Assembly (NCBI RefSeq): GCF_009914755.1
Contig: NC_060934.1
Source of the DNA: the human T2T-CHM13v2.0 reference genome, Homo sapiens
Reading direction: 5' to 3' (one strand)
DNA length: 64,000 nucleotides
Shown: piece by piece, positions 29,930 to 44,311 of the stretch
Position numbering within the stretch: position 1 is the stretch's first letter
Layout: each line of letters opens with the position of its first letter
Program-made: the position numbers and the translations under genes
Notes under the pieces: generated by a model
The model's database searches: none
The model's input: the letters and a program-made list of their open reading frames with translations, nothing else
What the model was told of the DNA's origin: nothing

Positions 29930-30732
29930 ACCCCCTCTATCAGAGTTTATCATTATGCTGAATGTGGTGTTTCCCACTCCCTTCCTGTTCATAACATTAT
30001 GTCTTACCATCTATATTTATTTTCTACATGACATACTGGTTAGTTTTTCTGTGTTCAAACCATTATTTAAGTAGAATAATCAAGGTGTTCTTTTGAGACT
30101 GCTTTTTTGGCTCAACATTAAATGTGTAAAATTCATTCTTGTTGATTTGTATCACCATAATTTCTTTTTACCAATATGTGGTCTTCCAGTAGGGGATGTG
30201 GCACAATCAATCTGTTCTCTGTCCATGGGCATTTAAGGAATTGCAGATAATCCCAGTCTGGAAGCATTTATCCGTGTCTCCTGATGCATGTGTGCAAGAG
30301 TTTCTCTTGGGTATGTTAATTAGCAGTGGAATTGTAGGTTGATAAAGTATGTGTATCTTTACCTTTACTGGGCAGTTTTTAAAGTGTTTGCCTTCATTTA
30401 CACTCATACTATCACTGTAGGAGAGTTTTCACTCCACCATTACTTTCATTGAATACTTTTCATATATTAACCTTTTGTTTTCTTCTGTGAAATGACAGTG
30501 CATGGCTTTGGACTTCTTTTTAATTATTAAATTGTATTTTTCTATAAACGTACAAGAGGACTTTCTATATTTTATATGTCATTATTTTTGTTATTTGTAT
30601 TGCTGAAAGGGTTTAATTTGTAGCTGCTCTTGTCACATTTATATAGCATTCTTAATACCAATCAAGTCCGATGTATCTATCTTTTCTGTCACTATTTTTG
30701 CTTTTGGGCTCTTGTTTAAGAAATTCTTTCCT

Positions 30733-31042
30733 GGCCAGGTGTGGTGGCTCAATCCTGTAACCCCAATACTTTGGGAGGCCAAGGCAGGAGGACTGCTTGA
30801 GTTGAGGAATTTCAAACCAGCCCGGACAATCTAACAGTACTTCGTTACTACAAATAATTGAAATATTAGCTGGCCATGGTGACAGACACCTCTGGTCCCA
30901 GCTACTTGGGAGGCTGAGTTGGGGGGGTTGCTTGAGCCCAGGAGGTCAAGGCTGCAGTGAGCCGACATTGGACCACTGCACTCCAGCCTAGACAACAGAG
31001 CAAGACCATATCTCAAAACAAAACAAAACAAAAAGCAAAAAA
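30733..31042 (+). mobile_element. AluJ
   Basis: TSD gaaattctttcct. Confidence 0.93.
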
Positions 31043-31903
31043 GGAAATTCTTTCCTACCTTAGCCTCATAAAGAATTCTTCTATCTTTATTTCTAACAGT
31101 TTTAAAATTTCATCTTTCATCTTTAATTCCTCGATCTTTCTGGAACTGGCTTTTGTATATGGAGTGAGATAGGAATCTGACTTCATGTAGAATACCTGTT
31201 TGTTCCAGAGCTATTTTTTGAATGGCTTCTTATCTCCCCTTGGTCTGAAATGCCTGCTCAGTCATAAACCAATTTTCCACATATGAGTAGGTCTGTATCT
31301 GAGCTGCTATTCATGTTTCAATGCCATACTACCTGAATTTCTGTAGTTTTAAAATAAAGATTGATAGAGTTTGGACATATCAACCCATCATATTTTTCAG
31401 GATTGAACTGACTATTCTTGGACCTTTCTGTTCCATATAAATTTTAGATACCATATATGAAGTCCAACAAAAAAAGAAAAAGAAAAAACACAAACATACC
31501 CTGCTGACATTTTGTTTGGGGTTGCATTTAAGTCTGTAGATCAACTTGGAGGAAAATGCCTTTGTTATAATATTGAGTCATCTTATCCATAAATAGGAAC
31601 TATCTCTCCATTAATTTAGCTGTTGAATGTCTTAGAATATTTTCGATAAAGGTCATATATTTTTTAGATTTGTTTCCAGATATGTTAATTTTTTAGTTAC
31701 TACAGTCTCTCTCACCTTTCTCTCTCAAGTTACAGTTTCTGTTGGCTAATATGGAGAAATTCAGTTGATTTTGTCTGAAAAGCTTTGTATTTATCAGTCT
31801 TTCTAAACTTATTAAATGCTTATGAATTTTCTGTAGATTCTTGGGTTTTCTATCAGACATAGATAGGACAGTCATAGCATGTGAATAACGGAAATTCTAT
31901 TTC

Positions 31904-32051
31904 TGGTTGAGCACAGTGTCTCACACCTGTAATTCTAGCAATTTTGGAGGCCAAGGTGGGAGGATCACCTGAGGCCAGGAGTTCAAGACTAGCCTGGGCA
32001 ACCTGGTGAGAATGTGTCTATAAAAAAGTTAAAAATAAATTAAAAAATAAA
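31904..32051 (+). mobile_element. Alu left monomer (FLAM-like)
   Basis: TSD aaattct.tttct. Confidence 0.85.
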
Positions 32052-32276
32052 ATTCTGTTTCTTCCACTCCAGTCCTTTTAACTTTTCAATTATTTTTCAT
32101 CTTACCGTACTGGCTAGACTCCTCACCGCAACATTAGGTTATTCTTGTCTTAGTGGTACTCTTTAAAAGCATGTATTTGATTTGGGTTTTCTATAGAGGT
32201 ACTTTAGCATGTTAAGGAAGTTTTCTTCTATTTCTAGTTTGCTGTTTTTTTCTTAAAAATTATGAATTGGTACTGA

Positions 32277-32702
<426 letters not shown>

Positions 32703-33664
32703 TAACATGTCGCTGGATTTGACTCTTGAAGATTTTGGGGGAGGGTGGGGGACTTACTGTATGTATAATCGTGAGGGAAACTGGCCTCTAATTTTCCTTT
32801 CTTATCCTTTCCTCAAGCGATTTGACACTGAAGCTTACTGCTGTCTTAAAGTTTTTGTTTGTTTCTTTGTTTTGATCTCTCTTCTTGGGAAGAGTTTGTT
32901 ATGTTCTGATTATGTATTCCTTGAGTATTTTCTATAACTCACTGGGAAAATTCCTAAACGTACTGTGTTTTTTGTGCTTTGGGAAGATTTGACTATTGAT
33001 TCAAATTCTTTAACAGAACCCTTTAGGGTTTTCACTCTCTTCTCATGCCAGTTTGGGCATTATAGCTTCCTAGTTCTTTTTCTATCTCATCTAGATTTTC
33101 AGAATTTTAGGCATGAATTTATAATCTCATTTTCTTACTAATCTCTGCAGTATCTACAGTTACATCTTTTCCTTCTCTCAATTTTTACTCAATAAATCTC
33201 ACTATATATTTTTGAATAATTCTATTTTCTATTTCATTAACTTCTCTTCTTTTTAAATTTGGTTCTAATTTCTTTTTCATTTAAGTCAGTTGCTTAGCTC
33301 ATTATTTCTCAAAGTATCTTCTGTTAATCACACAAGCTTTTTACATTTCTTTTTGAGAACCTGGTTTTCTGTATCTCACAAAATTTCATATGTAGTATTT
33401 CATTATTGTTCAGTTCTAAGTATTTTCTATTTTCATTTTGATTTTTTTATTGGGATGGTGAGTTATCTATAAGTGTGCTAATTCCCAAAGATATGCAGGT
33501 GATCCTACTGTTGTCATTTCTGTCTCTGATTTCAGGTTTGTACATTTCAAATGGGAGAGAGCTCTTTTTTTTATTTTTTTAGTTTAGTGGGACAATATTT
33601 ATCTTTTTAAAATGTAGCATTTACTCGTCTTACTTTGGTTGTGATTACACATGTTTGCACTTAG

Positions 33665-34049
<385 letters not shown>

Positions 34050-34874
34050 GGAATGATTTTATTTATTTATTTTAATCAGGTTTTTACCCTTTATTGGTTT
34101 GGAAGTTACACATTATAGTTCTGGGCTTGTTTAAATGGATACCTTAGAAATTTCAGCATGCATTCTTAAAATCTAAAGTTAACCAGTTAAGGACTTTGGA
34201 GCATTTAAGGCTGATAACTCCTACTTGATTTACATTTTTGCCAATAATTTGGTTTTATGTTTTCTTAACCTTACACACCAAATATTTTTACCATTTATCT
34301 TTTAAAAGTAAGTCTGTATTTGCTTACATTTATTCACTTAATTACTACTGCCTTTTCTTACCATTTCTTTCACATATCAAAGATTCCTTTTGATATCACT
34401 GTTGTTCTTGAAGCTTGTCATTGACAAGTTTCTTTCATGAGAAGATTTTTGACAATGAAGTCTCTCTATGTGTCTGAAGGAAACTTATTTATAGAAGATA
34501 GTTTTGTTGAAAATGATTGTAGGTTTATACTTTTTCCTGGAACTTGAAAGGTGGTATTTGATTGACAGTTGGCTTCTGACTGTTGAGGAGTCAACTCTCA
34601 TTATAACCATGTCAGCTCTTTGTATGCAGTCTCTCTTCCTAAATCCTTTCAAGTCTTCTTCTCTGTCTTTGGTGTGGTGTCATCTCACTGTGATCCATCC
34701 AGGTACTGGTTTATGTTTCACTTTTTCCTGCTTCGGATTCATTGTGCCTCCTGAATATGAGGATTTGAGAATTTTGTCAACCCTGGAAAACCCTCAACCA
34801 TTAGCTCTTAAAAGTTGAAAAGTAAATGAAGTCATCCAGCATTGTTAGGTATTCTTCAGTGGAATGTTTGTTCA

Positions 34875-35340
<466 letters not shown>

Positions 35341-35780
35341 GTCAACTTAGCTCCATTGCCAGAATTCGCAGATACATGAATGAGGTTTTACCCCACATTA
35401 TTTTATCTGAATTTTGGTATAATCTTCTATTTATTTTACAATTATTTACTTAAGCAGAAAATCAAGAAGATGTTAAAAAAAAAAAGGGACGTATTACCTA
35501 AAATACTAGGGAAGAAGAAACCGTGTTTTTTAAGTAGAATAGGCCAAATGTCAACAGACATCCAGGGTACTAGAAAATATTGAGACGCGTCTAAACACAC
35601 AAACCTGTCTTCGAACCTCTAGTCACACAGCATGTTTGCATTCTATATTTCCATGAAACTTGGAGTGAGGAGGGAGAGAAAATACATTTATTTTTATCCT
35701 CTTTAGTTAAAATTGCATATCAGGATTTCTTTTTTTAGGAGTTGCAGGTTAACTTCTAAAGTTATCTCCCACCTGCACTA

Positions 35781-35990
<210 letters not shown>

Positions 35991-36322
35991 GTAAAGTTAT
36001 CTCATTACAGTTCAATGTCTCAACATAGGACTGGGTAGAAGGAAGCCTTCTGTCCTGTGATCTGTGTTGCTCTGATACATTCCTAAAAAGAAACTATTAA
36101 GAGGGGTAGATATAATTCTAACATGCAAATGTGTTGAGGGAAAGGTGAAAAGTACATATTACTTGATTACTATTTATTCACATGGAAACCATTTTTGTAT
36201 TTGCAGTTAGTGTCAACTGAAGGGATTAAGAAGATAATCTCTATCATTTATATTTGGGTCTGGTCAGATGCTTTTGTAATTATATTTCTATTTGATGCCT
36301 CCTTTATCTGAGATTTTATATA

Positions 36323-36621
36323 TTTTTTTAAATCTGGAGACAGGATCTCACTCTGTCACCCAGGTTGGAGTGCAGTGGCATGATCATATAGTAGCTCACT
36401 GTAATCTCAGCCTCCTGGGTTCAAGCAATCCTCTCACCTCAGTCTCCAGGGTAGCTGAGATACAGGAGTGTACTACTACATCTGGCTAATTTTTAAATGT
36501 TTTTGTAGCGATGGGGTCTCGGTGTGTTGCACAGCCTCGTCTCAAACTCCTGGGCAAGTGATCCTCCTGCCATGGCCTCCCAAAGTGCTGGGATTTTAGG
36601 CGTGAACCACCATTCCTGGCC
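36323..36621 (-). mobile_element. AluJ
   Basis: Consensus match. Confidence 0.92.
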
Positions 36622-37105
36622 TGTCTGAGATTTTATAATACTTAAAACAACCACACAGTGTTGGCTCATTTAACTTCTTCATCCATTCACATTTGCTTGT
36701 GGGTCCAGAATGAATCTGCTTTTCTACTGATGCCTCAAGTAGGTCCCAACTTCTTTTATAAATATGTAAAAATCTATTGCCTTTTCCTGTGGTTACTGCT
36801 TGTGAGAGAAAACATACTCGATTTATACCTAGAATGAACTTCAGCAAAGTTAGTGAAAATGTCAACATAAACACAGGCTTTACCTCTGAAAGTCTATGAT
36901 ATGAAACATCAAGAGCTGATCAGGCTTTTTCCCTTTAAGAGCTTTACATATAAATTACAATATTTTCCTCCTTAAAAAAGCCAAAATGAGGAAGTTAACG
37001 GAGATGAAATTACAGTCCACTCATTTGATAAAAAAGCCAAGAAACAAAATGGATAAGCATGGATAAGCCCCAAAGATATCTTTGTTGACCTCATTGAATC
37101 TCATT

Positions 37106-37402
37106 TCTTTTTCTTTTTTTTTGAGATGGAGTCTCGCTCTGTTGCCTAGGCTGGAGTGCAGTGGCGTGATCTCAGCTTACTACAACCTCTGCCTCCTGGG
37201 TTCAAGCAATTTTTCTGACTCAGCCTCCTGAGTAGCTGGAACTGCAGGCGTGTGCCGCTATACCCAGATAATTTTTGTATTTTTAGTACAAATAGGGTTT
37301 CACCATATTGGCCAGGCTGGTCTCGAACTCCTGACCTCGTGATCCGCCTGCCTTAGTCTCCCAAAGAGCTGGGATTACAGGCATGAGCCACCGCACCCGG
37401 CC
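37106..37402 (-). mobile_element. AluS
   Basis: Consensus match. Confidence 0.95.
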
Positions 37403-37778
37403 CAAGACTATTATTTATGTTTGTAAAGAAATATCAATTAATTTTAGAAATAGAGATGGTGCTTCCAAGTCTTAGGGGGGAAGAAAAGCTCTGTTTTAAT
37501 TATCCAAAATGTCAAGCTATTCACTAAGATTTTTCCCTTGACTTGTAGCTAGCCTCAGTTTAAACAAATACCACATATATTCTATTTGAAGTAAGATTTA
37601 AAATGTTAAATGTGGCAACAAATCTGTCACCCAAAAGCTTCTTCACAGTCTTTGATAATCCTTCCCTCCTGCCCCTTCTGATGTCCTGATCTGCTCATAA
37701 TCTTGGTTGTGGTAATGGTTTCACAGATAATCACATAAGTTAAAACTTAACACAAATTGCACTCTGTGGAGGGATGGA

Positions 37779-37790
37779 TGTGTGTGTCTC

Positions 37791-37816
<26 letters not shown>
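37779..37816. repeat. (TG)n microsatellite
   Basis: Seen directly. Confidence 0.95.
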
Positions 37817-37821
<5 letters not shown>

Positions 37822-37886
37822 GTCCCTATACCTCAATACTACTGTTAAAAACAAAAATATAAAAATACATTTTCAAAAACATTCCA

Positions 37887-38197
37887 GGCTGGGTGCAGTG
37901 ACTTACACCTGTATTCCCAGCACTTTGGGAGGCCAGAGGCAAGCAGATTGCTTGAGCTCAGGAGTTCCAGACCAGCCTGGGCAACATGGTAAAACCTTGT
38001 CTCTACAAAAAAAATACAAAAACTAGCCCAGCATGGTGGAGTGTACCTGTAGTCCCAGCTACTTGGGAGGCTAAGGCGGGAGGATGGCTTGAGCCAGGAG
38101 GCAGAGGTTGCAATGAGCCAAGACTGTGCCATTGTACTCTACCAGGGTGACAGAGTCAGCCCTGTCTAAAAAAACAAACAAACAAACAAACAAAAAA
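37887..38197 (+). mobile_element. AluJ with (CAAA)n tail
   Basis: Consensus match. Confidence 0.92.
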
Positions 38198-38452
38198 CTG
38201 TAGTAAAAAGAAATTCATTGATGTTGTATTTCAAAGCAATAGGAAATATAGCCAAAGAAAATATTTTAACACCTTTGAGATAAAAGAGAGATAGAGATGA
38301 CTGGTGTCAGCTATCTTTTATGACTGCCCAAATATCGCTTCCCTCTGGGCTTCCTGTTTCTGTGTTTACATTTTTTTTTACCTTATTAGAAAGTAACTGT
38401 TTAGATAACACTATTTATTCATTAAAATAAATATATGTATATGCGTGTATTG

Positions 38453-38470
38453 ATATATATATATATATAT
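38453..38470. repeat. (AT)n
   Basis: Seen directly. Confidence 0.85.
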
Positions 38471-39005
38471 TTGAAATCCTATTAAGTACAAGGCAGTATG
38501 CCAATGCCACATGCAGATAGATATAGCAAGATGATCAAGATAGAGTATTTCATGCAAGGGGACCGGCATATTCCCAAGAGCAGGAGAGAGAGCAAGATTG
38601 GTTTTAGAAATGGCAAGCAGTTTAATATAACTGGATCAGCGACCACAAAAAAACCAGTTTCTCTTTTATAAAGCCAGGCTACTTTACAGCATTTCTCATA
38701 ATTCAATTTTAGTGGAGACCAGGTGATGGATTAAGCATCCAGTTTTGCCCTGCACAGAATTCTGTTGATTGTATTGCTGTTGTTATCCAAGACCAAGCAC
38801 TTAGGAAAAATAGCTGATGTTTCTGCAACTCAGAAGCTTTGTATGAGTTGCCTTGGTTTATTATAGAGTGTTAAGGAGGTGTAATAATCTGTGCTGGTAA
38901 TAGCTGGTCTTGGTAAAGAAAAGCCCTTTCTCATGCAAATACTAGATGTAATGAAATGATGGGTCTGTGAGTGATATTTAAGGTTTATAACTATATTTTT
39001 TTCTT

Positions 39006-39068
39006 AAGCTAGTCAAGTACAGTGTTGAGAAGGAGGAAAGAGTGGAACAAGGAGTCCAATCTGTAACT
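39006..39068 (-). pseudogene. 5'-truncated Y1 RNA (RNY1-derived) retropseudogene
   Basis: Reverse complement resembles the 3' half of hY1 (GTTACAGAT..ACTCCTTGTTC.ACTCTTTCC..CTTCTCA..ACTG.ACTTGACTAG); T-tract 38996-39005 is the A-tail; degenerate TSD 38985-38997 / 39068-39080. Confidence 0.85.
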
Positions 39069-39198
39069 TGTAGCTACATTACAAAAATAAGAATTATGTA
39101 AATACTTATAGGGAACAGTAAACGTGTTATGGCAAGTTTGAAACTGTCTATCCCCTAATCCTTTTTTCTACCATCAAAACTATTGTCTTAAATCAGAT

Positions 39199-39199
39199 T

Positions 39200-39237
<38 letters not shown>
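39199..39237. repeat. (TTG)n trinucleotide microsatellite
   Basis: About 12 uninterrupted units. Confidence 0.97.
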
Positions 39238-39238
<1 letters not shown>

Positions 39239-39825
39239 TAATAGCTTGGAACTTCTTGGAACACAATTGTGTTAGAACATACTGTGCTACAGTATTCCTA
39301 TCCATTCCAGCAAGAGCTTCGGTAGAGTTGTATATAAAGCTTTACCAGTTAATTTTGAGCTTTCTCTGAAAAGCATATGGCATGTTTTATACAGAAAAAC
39401 CATTTTAAAACATAGAACATTGGGAATTTTGGCCATGAACTGAAAGAAAATGGTTTGAAGATATGATCTTCTAATTCGTTATAGGAGTGGGGAAGAGGTT
39501 TCTCATATGGTATGATTTTAAAGATCTATTAAAAACAAATTTATATTATAGAGTTCATATATAAATCATGACCTCTATTCATGATTTAGTCAGGAAGACA
39601 GAAAGCACTTCAAATATTTCAGGGATAAAGTGATTTAACATAGGGAATTAGGAATGTACAAAATCTGAAAGGACTGAAGGAATAAAGTCAGAGAAACCTG
39701 CCAGTTCTCAGTGTAGCCAGTAGAATTTGGGGAATCAGGAAGTTTCCAGAATTACTAAAAATCATTGCTGATAATTGCAGCTACCTAAGGCATTGGTTGG
39801 GTGATTTTCAGGACACAACCTGGAA

Positions 39826-40345
39826 TAGCATTTCCCAAATGTTTTAGTCTCGTGACCACTTTACATTCTTAAAAATTAATATGATGATGATTATTATATT
39901 TTTTATAGAGACAGGGTCTTGCTAGGTTGCCTAGGCTGGTCTCGAACTTCTGGGCTCAAACAATCCACCCACCTTGGCCTCCCAAAGTGCTGAGGTTATA
40001 GGCATGAGTCATTGTGCCTGGCCCTAAAAAAATTATTGAACACCTCAGTGAGCTTTTGCTTGTATAGCTTATGCCTAATGGTGTTTTTTGCATTAGAAAT
40101 TAAAACAGAAAAAAATAAATTACAAGAATAAGGAAGCAGGCACTCCCCTAGCTATCAGAGTGATAAAGTCATCACAGGTCGTGTAAGTATTTGAAAAATT
40201 CCAATCTACCATCATGAGAGAACGAGAATATTAGAAGGCAAATGATGTCTTAGTGCCATTAAGAAAATAGTTTTGACCTTGTGGAATCCCTAAAAGGGTC
40301 TCTAGAGCTTCTAGGGGTTCCTGAGCCACACTTTGAGAACTGCTG
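39826..40345 (-). mobile_element. Charlie1-like hAT DNA transposon relic interrupted by an Alu monomer
   Basis: aaaatagttttgacctt...cacactttgagaactgctg terminus. Confidence 0.65.
39896..40024 (-). mobile_element. Alu monomer (FLAM-like)
   Basis: Single monomer. Confidence 0.88.
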
Positions 40346-40407
40346 GCCTAATGGAACTGGAAAGTCTCTGGTCTGCTGGAGCCCACGTAGATGCCTTCTG
40401 CTGATGG

Positions 40408-40482
40408 TGGCTTCTCCTCTGCCTTCTGCATGTCACACAAGGATAATCTGGCTTCTCCTCTGCCTTCTGCGTGTCACACAAG
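40408..40482. repeat. 34-bp direct repeat, period 41
   Basis: tggcttctcctctgccttctgc(a/g)tgtcacacaag twice. Confidence 0.9.
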
Positions 40483-40782
40483 TGGCTCTCATTGCAAGGA
40501 GTCCAACCTGGAACCCTGTTGGCAGAGAATCTGAAAATATCATCCGTAGGAATTCATGCTCTTTGTTAGATGGGAAAGTATAAGGCAGGCGGAGGCATAG
40601 TGCCGAGCTGACAATAGGCAATCCAACATATTTCGTTAAAAACCGTGAAAATCCACCTGAGTTGACAATAGGTGGCATCTACATGAACAGAAAAATTTCT
40701 GAGAGTAGGGTCTTCACTTTTCCTGAAACTCCCTACTCCTTTCCAATGATCACTTCTTTCCCTCAGTCTTTGACAGTAATAA

Positions 40783-41191
<409 letters not shown>

Positions 41192-42640
41192 TAAAATCAC
41201 TCATCAAAATTATTGAGATCTACACAGAGCTCAACCAATTCTGATCCTCTTTGGAGGGCCCAGAGCATCTGTGAGCCCAGAACACAGCGGTTTTGCATAA
41301 ATGAGCTTTTGAAAGTACGATGACTTTAAGTACTCTAAAATGCTTAGATCATTTTTAGAGAATTGATAAGTTTAACAAAAGGAGAACTTCAGAATGAAAA
41401 TTATTATTCCACCTTCTATGAGGAATGTTTTAAAAGATAAAAGTTGTTGGCTATTACCTTGAAAATCTAAAGCTATGTGCAGTAACTCACAAATAGTGAA
41501 TTAATTGATTTAAAATTTATGGTCATTAATGATGAGTTTGCCAGTAAGAGTTTTTCCCCTCTTTGGTGGAGAAGTTTAGAAACTTCTGTTTCATTTCAAC
41601 TTTGAACAAAATCCTAGAAGCCATTTCAAGTATACTTTGCTAACCCAGAAATTTTGGCAAGAAAGTATAAACTTGAGCCTTCTCGGATAGTCTGTTCATG
41701 GAGAACAAAGCAGAGAATGATAGCAAAAACAAAAATCTAATCAACCAATCAGAACAATGCTACTTCTTTTCTATTAATCATTGCCACATTTCTCTTCCCT
41801 GTCCTCCATCAATAGATCAAAATTAGAATAGGACTTGTAGGTAAAAATTGGCCCTTGAGAAGGTATGCGTGGATTACTTTTATTTGACTTACATGTGGCT
41901 TTATAGTCAGAAGTACTGTTGCTTGCAAAGCATATTTGTTTGTTTGTTTGTTTTTTAACTCAAAAGCACCTGAAAAAATAATCAGAGGTTTTTATACCTA
42001 CAAAATGTTACTGGGTTCCCATTCCATGTAGATGCCAAAGCCAAATGAGCTTATACAACTGAACAAAAATAAATCATGTTTATTTTTTCCATATGCACTT
42101 AGAGAATATGCAAAAATAAATGTCCAGAAATAAAAATTTGCCAAAGATTGCCACATATGCCTGAATATAAGATGAGGCTTTTTTCCCCTCAGAATTATTC
42201 TTCAGAAAAGAGAGAGTCACCTTATATTTGAAATCTCACAAAATCTCCCATGGTGCAAGAAGTACATTTTCCATTACTTTATTTTGAACAACAATGTGCT
42301 GCTTGCTGGAGATACATGGGCCTGCATGATGTCAATCAATCTTATTTTGGTGTGTTTATATAAGTCACCTGATACATTCGACTTAAATGTTTAAATAGAG
42401 ATTTAACATTTACTTCTAGAGACATGACGTCACACTTGTAAATATTGGATGCTATGGTAAACTCAAACATTCAAAACAAATACTGTTTCCAATTAGTTGA
42501 AAGGAAGTTCCCATTAGAAAGGGGTTAGGTGACCCAGTATCTCTCCTGATATCCACAAGACAGATGAGAAGTTTTCAGAGGATTTTTTAAAAATTAAATA
42601 TGGATAAGGATTTGGAGAGAGGGATACTTCTAAGTTAGTG

Positions 42641-42815
42641 CAGTTGGCCATTGAACAATGAGAGGTTATGGGCATGGACCCCCTACAAAGCCAAAATCCA
42701 TGTGTAACTTTTGACTCCTCAAAAAACCAAATAGCGTATCGTTGACCCAAAGCTTTACCAATATCATAAAAGGTTGGTTAACACATATTTTGTGTGTTAT
42801 ATACTGCATACTGTC
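42641..42815 (+). mobile_element. Tigger2-family fragment
   Basis: cagttg.cc.ttgaacaa...aaaatcca..tgtaacttttgactcc. Confidence 0.7.
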
Positions 42816-43018
42816 TCCACAGAAGAGAGAAAACATGAGAAGATCACAAAGGTCCTTTTGTTGCCAGGCTGGAAAATGGCAGGCATCATTCTCCACGCAT
42901 TTCACTGGCCAAAATTCAATCACGTGGGCCAATCTAACTGCAAGGAAGGCTAGAAATTTAGTTGTCTGTATTCTGAGGAAGAAAATGGAGTTAGTAAGCA
43001 TCTTGGATCTCTGCCACA
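42816..43018 (-). mobile_element. MLT1-family LTR fragment
   Basis: ctaactgcaaggaaggctagaaat...tctctgccaca. Confidence 0.6.
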
Positions 43019-43322
43019 GTATCTGACTATCTTTGACAGCACTGAGAGTCAGCCACAAGGTATTTATTCTTTGTTAAATGTGACATCACCTTATATTTGG
43101 AATCTCCTTCTATTTGGGCATATATAGCAGTTGCCTCAAAACTTCGAAGTCATAGAAAATTATTTATGGCTAGATCTTTTAAAGAGTTTTTGTAATCGAG
43201 GCAAATTGACATAGAACATGGAAATGTATCTAAAATGATTGGAAACTTATTATAATTAGAAATGTATTAAAACTCAGGGGAATGGCCCTGAGTCTGGGGG
43301 TGTCGGGATACCTGGCCCAGTT

Positions 43323-43326
<4 letters not shown>

Positions 43327-43354
<28 letters not shown>

Positions 43355-43650
43355 GAGATGAAGTCTCGCTCTGTCACCCAGGCTGGAATGCAGTGGCGCT
43401 ATCTCGGTTTACTGCAAGCTCCGCCTCCCGGGTTCATGCCATTCTCCTGCCTCAGCCTCCTGAGTAGCTGGGACTACAGCCGCCCGCCAGCACACCTGGC
43501 GATTTTTTTTTTTTTTTTTTTTTGTATTTTTAGTAGAGACGGGGTTTCACCGCACTAGCCAGGATGGTCTCCATCTCCTGACCTCGTGGTCCGCCCGCCT
43601 CGGCCTCCCAAAGGGCTGGGATTACAGGCGTGAGCCACCGCGCCCTGCCC
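43327..43650 (-). mobile_element. AluY with expanded middle A-tract
   Basis: tgcaagctccgcctcccgggttca.gccattctc diagnostics; TSD cccagttggattttt. Confidence 0.93.
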
Positions 43651-44311
43651 CCAGTTGGATTTTTATTTCCAACCACTGCTAAAGCATTCCTATGCCATTT
43701 GCTCTGAACCCTGGACTCTCAGGAACTGGGTTGGCCAATCACCGATTTAATCCATCTTGCTGTGATGGAGAGAACTTATGCCCAAAATTGTTGATTGGCA
43801 GTCAAGGCCCAACAGCCAATGGGCGGTAGCTGCAGCCTCGCGGTCCCTCACCACCTGTGCTCTGCTCGTGTTTACCCTGCGTGCCGCCAATAGTGATTCA
43901 AGCCAGTTATCCATCTGTTCTCCCACACCACATCTTCCCAAAAAGGCCGTTTCTTCTCCTCTTGGCTGGAAGCCTGTGCCCTCTGCTCACAGTTCTGTTA
44001 GAGCATTCGGATTTATATAGAACGAAGGTTTGCTTTGCTTTAAAACATCAATTCCTTGATCCCAGTTCTGTTCTCCCTGGGCCTTATGGAGTATACGATC
44101 ACCTTCTTCCTCTTTAGATTTTTTCTTCTCTGGGCTAAAAATCTCAAAGTCCTCATGTGACATGTTTTTATGCCCTCTTACCTGATTTCCTCCCATGTGA
44201 GTGTGCTATAAATACAGCTCTTCCAAAGCAGAACACATCAGATTAAATACTTGTGATCTGGCAGGGCACGGAATAGAATGGCGTAGGCCAGCGCGTGAAT
44301 TGGTGGTAAAG

